Notes: a model not told the origin generated them from the sequence alone. 43,158 nt of DNA from Pseudomonadota bacterium (GCA_022545545.1 JACZQV010000003.1:1-43158); one strand, 5' to 3'; counted from the stretch's first letter, positions 30,273-37,366 are shown. A program made the numbers and translations.

Positions 30273-30433
30273 TAAGCACGACCGGCGGTGGCTTAAATGG
30301 CGGCGCCGGGGAAACCCTGGGGCCTATCTTCCGGGCCTTGACGCATTGACCAAAGGATGGGGCCCTGCCGTGGGCCCCACATCAAAGGACCGGCGCTCGC
30401 GCCGCCCCTGGTTTGCCCTTTGTTTGCGCCATA

Positions 30434-31153
30434 TCAACCCTGGGCCTGGACGAGGCGCAAGGCCCGGATCTTGCGCCCGGCGATCTCGTTCCGCACCCTC
30501 AGGATCAAGACGCAGACGAAATAGCCGGCGAAGGCGAGGGCCATGAGGACGAGCGGGGTGAGCATCGAGCTATGTATGGCCGGGGCGCCGATCCGGGTGA
30601 TGCTGGCCGGCTGGTGCAGCGTGTTCCACCAGTCCACCGAAAACTTGATGATGGGGATATTGACGAAGCCGACCAGCGCCAGCACCGCGCCTGCCTTGGC
30701 GCCGCGGATGGGATCGTCGAACGCGTTCACCAGGGCGATGTATCCGAGATAGAGGAAAAACAGCACCAGCACGGAGGTCAGCCTGGCGTCCCATACCCAC
30801 CAGGTGCCCCAGCTCGGCTGGCCCCAAAGGGCGCCGGTGACAAGCGCGATCAAGGTGAAGCCGGCGCCGATCGGCGCCGCCGCCTTGGCGGCGAAGTCGG
30901 CCAAGGGGTGTTTCCAGATCAAGGCGACCGCCGAGGCCGCGGCCATGAAGCTGTAAACGGAAAGCGCCATCCACGCCGCCGGGACGTGGACATACATGAT
31001 GCGCACGCTCTCTCCCTGCTGGTAATCGGGCGGCGAGACCCCGAGGGCGAGATAGAGCCCGGCGATGAACGCCGCCGCCGTCGCCAAGGCGCACCACGGC
31101 AATATCCTGGCGGTCAGTCTCAGGAACCGGTTGGGGTTGGCGAATCGGTGCAT
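30434..31153 (-). CDS. ccmC: Heme exporter/heme handling protein CcmC
   Basis: Begins MHRFANPNRFLRL and carries the WWD motif WGQPSWGTWWVWDARLTS. About 239 aa from the ATG at 31153. The track ORF extends upstream into the spacer. Confidence 0.9.
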   Translation of the reverse strand: MHRFANPNRFLRLTARILPWCALATAAAFIAGLYLALGVSPPDYQQGESVRIMYVHVPAAWMALSVYSFMAAASAVALIWKHPLADFAAKAAAPIGAGFTLIALVTGALWGQPSWGTWWVWDARLTSVLVLFFLYLGYIALVNAFDDPIRGAKAGAVLALVGFVNIPIIKFSVDWWNTLHQPASITRIGAPAIHSSMLTPLVLMALAFAGYFVCVLILRVRNEIAGRKIRALRLVQAQG

Positions 31154-31250
31154 CGATGGTTTCCCGTGATTATGGGGGCCGTGATAATGAGGGGCAGGAC
31201 CCGCATCGGAGGATTTAGTAAGGGGCCGTCCGGTTTTCCAGTGCCAAGTG

Positions 31251-31916
31251 TCATTGCACCGCCTGGCGCAGCGCGGCGGCGCCGGCAAGCGGCGTCAAGA
31301 CCAGGGTGCCTGCCAACAGGGCGCCTAGAATCAGGAAATGGGGACGCACCGCCATGCCGGATATGGCGGCATCCACGGCGCCGACGCCGAAGATCAGCAC
31401 CGGAACGTAGAGCGGCAGCACCAGCAGCGACAACAACGCGCCGCCGCGCCTGGCGCCGACCGTCAGCGCCGCCCCGACGGCGCCGATCAGGGTCAGCGAT
31501 GGCGTGCCGAGAAGCATGGCGAGAACGAGGGCTATGAGCCCCTCGGCGCTCATGTTGAGGAGCAGGGCGAGCACCGGGGCGGCGACGATCAGCAGCATCC
31601 CCGTCGTCAACCAATGGGCCAGGGACTTGGCGAGGACGACGGCCTCGAGCGGCAGGGACCCGAGGACCAGAAGGTCGAGACTTCCGTCCTCGAAATCGGC
31701 TTGGAACAGGCGCTCGAGCGAAAGCATCGAGGCAAGCAACGCCGTGACCCAGATGACGCCCGGGCTGATGCGGGCGAGAATGGCGGTATCGGGTCCGACG
31801 CCGAGGGGAAAGAGGACCGCGATCAGGATGAAGAAGGTCACCACCATGGTGCTGTCGGCCCCCCGCCGCAGCGCCAGCCTGAGGTCGCGGGCGACGATGA
31901 GCGTGAACCGGCTCAC
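31251..31916 (-). CDS. ccmB: Heme exporter permease CcmB
   Basis: Starts V/M-SRFTLIVARDLRLALRRG and has six hydrophobic segments. The GTG overlaps the ccmA stop as GTGA. The upstream two-thirds of track ORF 31251..32549 is an off-frame shadow of ccmA. Confidence 0.85.
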   Translation of the reverse strand: MSRFTLIVARDLRLALRRGADSTMVVTFFILIAVLFPLGVGPDTAILARISPGVIWVTALLASMLSLERLFQADFEDGSLDLLVLGSLPLEAVVLAKSLAHWLTTGMLLIVAAPVLALLLNMSAEGLIALVLAMLLGTPSLTLIGAVGAALTVGARRGGALLSLLVLPLYVPVLIFGVGAVDAAISGMAVRPHFLILGALLAGTLVLTPLAGAAALRQAVQ

Positions 31917-32578
31917 CGGGCCGCCTCCGCCGCCTGCTCCCGCGCCTTTTCCGCGTAGGGCGAAAGCTCGAGCGTCCGCGCGCCTTCGAGCGACAGCGCC
32001 GTGTGGGTCGCGATCACGGCCATGCCTTGGCGTGATCGGCAGTGCCGGCCGACGGCGTTCTCGAAGGCGCCGACGGCGTCGTGATCGAGCCCCGACGTCG
32101 GCTCGTCGAGAAGCCACAGCGGCCGAGTTCCGGCGATGACCCGCGCCAAGGCGAGGCGGCGGCGTTGGCCGGCGGACAGGAACCGGCAGGGCAGATCGGC
32201 GAGCCGGACAAGGCCCGTGGCCTCGAGCGCGCCCTTGACCGCGCCGTCGGGCGCCCCGCGCCCGCCGCCAAGCCCGGTCCAGAATCTTAAGTTCTCCGCC
32301 ACGGTAAGCAGCCCCTTGACGCCATCGAGATGGCCGAGATAGTCGAGGCGCGCGCCATGGGCCTCGGGATCGTCGGCCATCGGCGCGCCGTCCCAGGTGA
32401 TCCTGCCCGCCGCCGGTTCCAAGAGGCCGGCCATCAGGCGCAACAGGCTCGATTTGCCGACGCCATTGGGTCCGGTGAGGATGAGGACGGCGCCGCTCTC
32501 GACGGCGAAGTCGAGGCCGGCGAAAACGATGCGCTCGGAGCGCGCGCATTCCAATCCATGACCGGCGAATGTGCTCAT
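31913..32578 (-). CDS. ccmA: Heme exporter ATP-binding protein CcmA
   Basis: Walker A is LTGPNGVGKSSLL, the ABC signature is LSAGQRRRLALA, and Walker B is LWLLDEP. I chose the ATG at 32578 (MSTFAGHGLEC...). An alternative GTG start is at 32623. Confidence 0.85.
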   Translation of the reverse strand: MSTFAGHGLECARSERIVFAGLDFAVESGAVLILTGPNGVGKSSLLRLMAGLLEPAAGRITWDGAPMADDPEAHGARLDYLGHLDGVKGLLTVAENLRFWTGLGGGRGAPDGAVKGALEATGLVRLADLPCRFLSAGQRRRLALARVIAGTRPLWLLDEPTSGLDHDAVGAFENAVGRHCRSRQGMAVIATHTALSLEGARTLELSPYAEKAREQAAEAAR

Positions 32579-32667
32579 GACGGCATCTCTTTGCTGATAT
32601 ATCACAGTCGTCTCTCGGCGCACAGGAACCGGGCCCGCCCGCCTACCCGGCCCGATGAACAGCGGCG

Positions 32668-32708
32668 AAAAAAAAGGGCGGCCACTGGTTGGGAACCGGT
32701 GACCGCCC
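32668..32708 (-). terminator. Intrinsic terminator on the minus strand (13-bp GC-rich stem followed by U8)
   Basis: The minus strand reads GGGCGGTCACCGG-TTCCCAA-CCAGTGGCCGCCC followed by TTTTTTTT (the A8 run at 32668-32675 on the plus strand). It lies about 90 nt upstream of the ccmA start. Confidence 0.6.
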
Positions 32709-32975
32709 TACTCCGACCATTGGGGGCCGGATTGGAGGCTAGCTGACGATCTTCTTCGCAACGTCGTTGGGGGGCTGGATGCAAAGAACGTATCAGCCCT
32801 GACAGCTAACGGCGCCAATGTGTCGGCAATGGGCCGTAAAAGTGGCGGAATTGTGATTTTTTCGCCGCCGGATAATACCAGCGAGCCGATGAAGATTTTC
32901 ATCGGCTCGCTGGCAAGCGCGACCGCGCGCCCGCAGCGAAGCGAGGAAAGCCAAGCGGGCGGACGCCCGCGCCCG
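32709..32975 (-). ncRNA. Candidate small RNA or structured 3' UTR between aconitase and ccmA
   Basis: No credible ORF is present. The region contains a perfect 13-bp hairpin (32881-32910) and an exposed CCUCC motif, and it ends at the strong terminator at 32668-32708. The boundaries are guesses and I recognised no RNA family. Confidence 0.25.
32881..32910. other. Perfect 13-bp stem / 4-nt loop hairpin GCGAGCCGATGAA-GATT-TTCATCGGCTCGC
   Basis: Read directly. It lies in the aconitase-ccmA spacer and is not followed by a clear U-tract on either strand. Confidence 0.85.
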
Positions 32976-33019
32976 GCGCTTGAGGGAACAAGAGGCGAGT
33001 CCAGTCATGGGCTCGCCGG
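32975..33019 (-). terminator. Possible aconitase terminator (stem GGCGAG/CTCGCC followed by UCUUGUUCC)
   Basis: The hairpin at 32994-33017 starts about 10 nt after the aconitase stop codon. The U-tract is weak. Confidence 0.35.
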
Positions 33020-33028
33020 TATAACGCG

Positions 33029-35302
33029 CTATTTGTGGAACTGGTTCAACGCCGAGCCGAGCCGGAACCACTCGAGCTGCGACTCGGCGAAGGAGTGATC
33101 GAGCTTCAGCGTCTCTTTGGCACCGTCGGCGTGGGTGACGATGCATTCCACCGGCTTGCCGGGCGCCATGTCGGCCAGTCCGACGAGGCTCAAGCGGTCG
33201 TCCTCGAGTATCCTGTCGTAATCCGCCGGATCCTGGAACGTCAACGCCAGCAGGCCTTGCTTCTTGAGGTTGGATTCGTGAATGCGGGCGAAGCCGCGAA
33301 CGATGACCGCGGCGCCGCCGAGCAGCCTCGGCGACAGGGCGGCGTGCTCGCGGCTCGAGCCCTCGCCATAGTTTTTATCGCCGATCACCACCCACTTCAC
33401 GCCCTGGGCCTTGTAGTGTCTCGCGATCTTGGAGATGCCCTGGCCTTGGTCTCCCGTCAGGACGTTCTTGCCGGTGCCGGTTTCGCCGGTGTAGGCGTTG
33501 GTGGCGCCCATGAACATGTTGTCGCTGAACTTGTCGAGGTGCCCGCGTAAACGCAGCCAGGGGCCGGCGGGGGAAATGTGGTCGGTCGTGGTCTTGCCCT
33601 TGGTCTTGATCAGCACCGGCATATCCATGAAGTCGTTGCCATCCCAGGCCGGCCAAGGCTCCATCAGCTGAATCCTCTCGCTGTTGGGATCGACCGTGAG
33701 TTCGATATCGCTGCCATCGTCGGGCGGCGCCAGATAAGAGGACTGGCCCTCATCGAAGCCTTTTTCCGGGACCTCCGGGGCGGGTTTGGGGGCGGTGAAT
33801 TCGAACGCCTCGCCATCGGCTCCGGTCAGGGAATCGGTCAAGGGGTTGAACGAGAGCTTCCCGGCGATGGCAAGGGCGGTGACGATTTCGGGGCTGGCGA
33901 TGAAATTCATCGTCGTCGGCTGACCGTCGTTGCGCCTCGGGAAGTTGCGGTTATACGAAGTGACGATGGTGTTGGGCACGCCCGCCATCTTCTTGGCCCG
34001 GCGCCATTGACCGATGCATGGGCCGCAGGCATTGGCGAGGACCGTGCCGCCGATCTCTTGTAGGGATTGCATCTGCCCGTCGCGCTCGATGGTCGCGCGC
34101 ACCTGCTCGGAGCCAGGCGTGACCATGAAGGGCACCGCCGAATTGAGGCCATGGGCCTTGGCCTGCTCGGCTACGTCGGCGGCGCGGCTCATGTCCTCAT
34201 AGGATGAGTTGGTGCAGCTGCCGATCAGCGCCGTCGAGATGTCGTCGACGAATTCGTTGCCGGGCTCCGCGACCTCGGCCGCGAGCCGGGAAATGGGCCG
34301 CGCGCGGTCGGGAGTGTGGGGGCCGACGACGTGAGGCTCGAGCGTGGAAAGATCCAGCCTGATCACCCGGTCATAGTGTTTCTCGGGCTCGGCCTCGACC
34401 TCATCGTCCGGCGCCAGCAGGTGGCGGTGCTTCTCCGCTATCGGGACCAGGCCGCCCCGGCCGGTGGCCTCCAGATATCTGGCCATGTGCTCGTCGTAGG
34501 GGAACATCGACGTCGTGGCGCCTAACTCCGCCCCCATGTTGGTGATGGTGGCCTTCCCGGTGGCGCTGATGGTGCGGGCGCCGGGGCCGATATATTCGAC
34601 GATGGCGTTGGTTCCCCCGGCCACGGTCAACTCGCCGGCGACGTAGAGGATGATGTCCTTGGGCGCCGTCCAACCGCTCATCTCGCCGGTGAGATAGACC
34701 GCGATGTGCTTGGGATAAAGCACCTCCCACGGCAGCCCCGCCATCACTTCTACCGCGTCGGCGCCGCCGACGCCCACCGAGCAGGCCCCGAGTCCGCCGG
34801 CGTTAGGCGTGTGGGAATCGGTGCCGATCATCAGCTCGCCGGGGAAGGCGTAGTTTTCCAGCGCCACCTGATGAATGATGCCGGCGCCCGGTCCCCAGAA
34901 GCCGGCCCCGTACTTGGCCGCCGCGGTGCGAAGGAAGTCATAGACCTCGCTGTTTTCCGCCAGGGACTCCTTAAGGTCGGCGGCACCCTCCACCCTGGCC
35001 TGGATGAGATGGTCGCAGTGGATGGTGGTGGGGACGGCGACCTTGTCCCTCTTGGTCTGCATGAACTGCTGCATGCCGGTCTGTCCCAGCACGTCCTGCA
35101 AAATCACCCTGTCCGGGCGCAGGAACAGATAACTCTCGCCGGGTTCCATGTCCTGATTTTCAGGGTCGTCCAAGTGTCCCAGCAGGACCTTGTCCGCCAG
35201 GGTCAGAGGCCTTCCCAACCTGCGGCGGACGACCTTGAGATTGCGCTCCATGGTGTCATAGACATTTGCCGCCATCTCAGGAGTGGATTCTATCGTTGCC
35301 AT
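33029..35302 (-). CDS. acn: Aconitate hydratase, mitochondrial-type (about 757 aa)
   Basis: It contains IHCDHLI, GTDSHTPNAGGLG, IGSCTNSSYEDM and LANACGPCIGQW (Fe-S Cys ligands), plus NYGEGSSREHAAL and FARIHESNLKKQGLL. The length and sequence blocks resemble eukaryotic ACO2, not the 890-aa AcnA or AcnB. I chose the ATG at 35302 (MATIESTPEM...). Confidence 0.9.
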   Translation of the reverse strand: MATIESTPEMAANVYDTMERNLKVVRRRLGRPLTLADKVLLGHLDDPENQDMEPGESYLFLRPDRVILQDVLGQTGMQQFMQTKRDKVAVPTTIHCDHLIQARVEGAADLKESLAENSEVYDFLRTAAAKYGAGFWGPGAGIIHQVALENYAFPGELMIGTDSHTPNAGGLGACSVGVGGADAVEVMAGLPWEVLYPKHIAVYLTGEMSGWTAPKDIILYVAGELTVAGGTNAIVEYIGPGARTISATGKATITNMGAELGATTSMFPYDEHMARYLEATGRGGLVPIAEKHRHLLAPDDEVEAEPEKHYDRVIRLDLSTLEPHVVGPHTPDRARPISRLAAEVAEPGNEFVDDISTALIGSCTNSSYEDMSRAADVAEQAKAHGLNSAVPFMVTPGSEQVRATIERDGQMQSLQEIGGTVLANACGPCIGQWRRAKKMAGVPNTIVTSYNRNFPRRNDGQPTTMNFIASPEIVTALAIAGKLSFNPLTDSLTGADGEAFEFTAPKPAPEVPEKGFDEGQSSYLAPPDDGSDIELTVDPNSERIQLMEPWPAWDGNDFMDMPVLIKTKGKTTTDHISPAGPWLRLRGHLDKFSDNMFMGATNAYTGETGTGKNVLTGDQGQGISKIARHYKAQGVKWVVIGDKNYGEGSSREHAALSPRLLGGAAVIVRGFARIHESNLKKQGLLALTFQDPADYDRILEDDRLSLVGLADMAPGKPVECIVTHADGAKETLKLDHSFAESQLEWFRLGSALNQFHK

Positions 35303-35517
35303 ATCCCAGCCATCCCAAATCAATCTGGATCAACAATTCTAAACGAGCCCTAGTTACTTATGAATTGGAATGCGCCGGACAATGAAAATTCACCTCCACC
35401 GGCGGTTCATCGCGGACCGTGCCGACGGCATGGCGCACCGGCAGCCTGGATAAGATCGAACTTTACCGTTACCCCGCCGCCGTGCCACGGGCGACGCCCC
35501 GGCTCAGGGGCGCGGGC

Positions 35518-36027
35518 TCATGGGCGCGGCGCGAGGCGCCGGCCGATGGCGTCGATCTCGCGTTTCAGCCCGGCCGGACCGAGAGGGCCGAGAGGAAGCT
35601 TCACCAGCAGCTGCACCGAGGATTCGATCTGATTATAGACGCGGGCGAAGACGGCCGGTCTCTCGACGCCGGGACCGCGAAACGCCGCCGGGTCCTCGAA
35701 ACCCCAGTGCGCCGTCACCGGATGGCCGGGCCACACCGGACAGGCTTCTTTCGCCGCGCGATCGCAGACCGTGATGACGAGGTCCATGGCGGCGCCATCG
35801 CCGCCGGAGAATTCTTCCCAACCCTTGCTCCTGAGCCCCTCGGTCCGGTAGCCCAACGATTGAAGAAGCGCCCGGGTCTCGGCATGGATATCCCCGGCCG
35901 GGTGAGCCCCGGCGCTGAAGGCGCGAAAGCGCCCCTCGCCCAATCCGTCGAGGATGGCCTCGGCCATGACGCTGCGGGCCGAGTTGCCGGTGCAAAGGAA
36001 GAGTACGTTATAGACCCGGTTGGCCAT
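35518..36027 (-). CDS. arsC: Low-molecular-weight phosphatase-family arsenate reductase (ArsC, thioredoxin-coupled type) or LMW-PTP
   Basis: Begins MANRVYNVLFLCTGNSARSVMAEA with the CX5R-S P-loop. It also has ...VITVCDRAAKEACPVWPG, the second Cys pair. A 169-aa protein. Confidence 0.75.
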   Translation of the reverse strand: MANRVYNVLFLCTGNSARSVMAEAILDGLGEGRFRAFSAGAHPAGDIHAETRALLQSLGYRTEGLRSKGWEEFSGGDGAAMDLVITVCDRAAKEACPVWPGHPVTAHWGFEDPAAFRGPGVERPAVFARVYNQIESSVQLLVKLPLGPLGPAGLKREIDAIGRRLAPRP

Positions 36028-36050
36028 GACCGGCCCTTGCGGATGGTGCT

Positions 36051-36086
36051 CTGGAGTGGTTCCTATCTACCAAGAACCGCTCTAGG
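36051..36086. repeat. Degenerate second copy of the palindromic element seen at 5780-5814
   Basis: CTACCAAGAACCGCTCTAG (36067-36085) is the exact reverse complement of 5780-5798. The left arm CTGGAGTGGTTCCT is a 3-mismatch version of the partner arm. It lies in the divergent arsC/DUF1223 intergenic region. Confidence 0.8.
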
Positions 36087-36177
36087 AGCGCCGTTGTACC
36101 GAACTATGTCTCCTTCACCAATATGTGATGACATTGTGATTGGCGCCGCACCGCCCTACGGGAGTAGATTGTCGTCG

Positions 36178-36945
36178 ATGAGATCAGCGTCGAAGCTCTG
36201 GACCACTCTCTGGCTTGCGGCTCTTTTGGCCGCCTTTGGTGTTTCCCAGGCGTCCCTGGCGGCGGAGCCCGCTCCGCCGCCCAACTCCCCCGTGGTGGTT
36301 GAACTTTTTACCTCCCAGGGATGTTCGTCGTGCCCGCCGGCCGATGCGTTGCTTGGCGAACTGGCCCAGCGCGAAGGCGTGCTGGCGCTATCCTATCACG
36401 TCGATTACTGGAATTACATCGGCTGGAAGGACCCCTATTCGAGCCCGAGGATGACCGACCGCCAGCGCACCTATATGCCCGCCCTGGGCCAGCGTTACGT
36501 CTATACGCCGCAAATGGTGATCGACGGCCGGTACCAGGAGGTCGGCTCGGACGAGACGGCCATCAAGCGCATCGTCGAGCGGCTCGCGGGCAGTGGTTCC
36601 CGGAAGCTCGGCATCTCCCTCGTTGCCGGAGAGGGGAACCGGGGCACGCTCCGGATTCCCGCGCGCCCTTATTCCGGCGAGGCCGCCGTGTGGCTCATCG
36701 CCTTTGACGACAAGCACACCACCAAGATCGGCCGCGGCGAGAACGCCGGGCGGACGCTGAGTTATTTTCATGTCGTGCGCGACATCCGGCGCATCGGCAC
36801 CTGGCGCGGCGCGGCCATGGAAATCCCACTGGACCTCACGGTCGAGAGGCGTTCGGGCTTCGAGAACTGCGCCGTCATCGTCCAGGAGGCGGCGGCGGGA
36901 CCGATCATCGGCGCCGTCTCCATGAGGCTCGCCGCACCGAGATAG
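36178..36945 (+). CDS. Secreted DUF1223-family protein (thioredoxin-like fold, CxxC)
   Basis: The signal peptide is MRSASKLWTTLWLAALLAAFGVSQASLA. It also has VVELFTSQGCSSCPPAD...LSYHVDYWNYIGWKD...YTPQMVIDG. The ATG at 36178 is preceded by GGAG. The track ORF 35419..36945 is much longer because the frame stays open upstream. Confidence 0.8.
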   Translation: MRSASKLWTTLWLAALLAAFGVSQASLAAEPAPPPNSPVVVELFTSQGCSSCPPADALLGELAQREGVLALSYHVDYWNYIGWKDPYSSPRMTDRQRTYMPALGQRYVYTPQMVIDGRYQEVGSDETAIKRIVERLAGSGSRKLGISLVAGEGNRGTLRIPARPYSGEAAVWLIAFDDKHTTKIGRGENAGRTLSYFHVVRDIRRIGTWRGAAMEIPLDLTVERRSGFENCAVIVQEAAAGPIIGAVSMRLAAPR

Positions 36946-36977
36946 GCTGGACCGCGCCCCATAGCGGCGCCGAGTTC

Positions 36978-37238
36978 ATGGCCCGGTATCCGGAATCCCA
37001 CCCCCACCGCATCGTTCTCGATCTCGCCCTTCCCGATCATGACGGCATGGAGCTTCTGAAGTTCCTCGCCGATCGGAAGTGCGCCGCCGATATCATCCTC
37101 ATCTCCTCCCATGGCAAATCGATGCTCGACCAAGCCATGAAGCTTGGCGATCTTCACCGCCTCAATATGCATCGGATGCCGCCAAAGCCTTTTTCCCTCG
37201 ATGACTTGAAGGCGGCGCGGCGCCTTGACCCAGGTTAA
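36978..37238 (+). pseudogene. N-terminally truncated response-regulator receiver domain (86-aa ORF); possible gene remnant
   Basis: It retains the phospho-acceptor region RIVLDLALPDHDGMELL, the ILISS (Ser/Thr position) and the PKPF (Lys position). It lacks the roughly 45-aa beta1-alpha1-beta2 part carrying the acidic pocket. The upstream in-frame sequence runs into the DUF1223 gene. Confidence 0.5.
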
Positions 37239-37366
37239 AGAATTGGGCGGCACCCGGCTTTAGTGCTTATAATTCGAGGTCTGGTCATTGGACCACCACC
37301 GCCGCCGTCCGGCCGATGGATCCGGTGACCGCGCGAGCGCCGAAGTCATCGTGAACCGAGGAGAGC

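Noticed and set aside
32712-32800. A possible two-piece tmRNA. On the minus strand, an ...AAC GAC GTT GCG AAG AAG ATC GTC AGC TAG frame (NDVAKKIVS-stop) lies near a GGTTCCCAACC T-loop-like sequence.
   Set aside because: The resume codon would be Pro rather than Ala, and the tag does not end in LAA/VAA. There is no acceptor stem/CCA context or pseudoknots. The T-loop-like sequence is the loop of the terminator hairpin.
32708-32902. The 64-aa minus-strand ORF (MKIFIGSLV...) and the 92-aa plus-strand ORF 32820..33098 in the aconitase-ccmA spacer.
   Set aside because: The minus-strand ORF starts inside the perfect hairpin, and the plus-strand ORF reads straight through it. Neither has an RBS. 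Both have low-complexity tails and more likely reflect RNA structure than coding.
32941-32965. GCGAGGAAAGCCAAGCGGGCGG, which resembles the RNase P RNA GAGGAAAGTCCGGGC box.
   Set aside because: There is no room for a ~400-nt RNase P RNA, because aconitase starts 60 nt away. The other universally conserved RNase P blocks are absent.
35337-35343. An Irr/ICE iron-control half-site, TTCTAAA, in the aconitase upstream region.
   Set aside because: Only one half of the TTTAGAA-N3-TTCTAAA palindrome is present. The partner half matches at only about 2 of 7 positions.
37240-37275. A sigma-54 promoter (GGCAC-N5-TTTAG) upstream of the HPF-like gene.
   Set aside because: The -12 element does not match TTGC, and the GG-N10-GC spacing fails. 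A sigma-70-like TATAAT at 37268-37273 is the more plausible signal, and even that has a poor -35.
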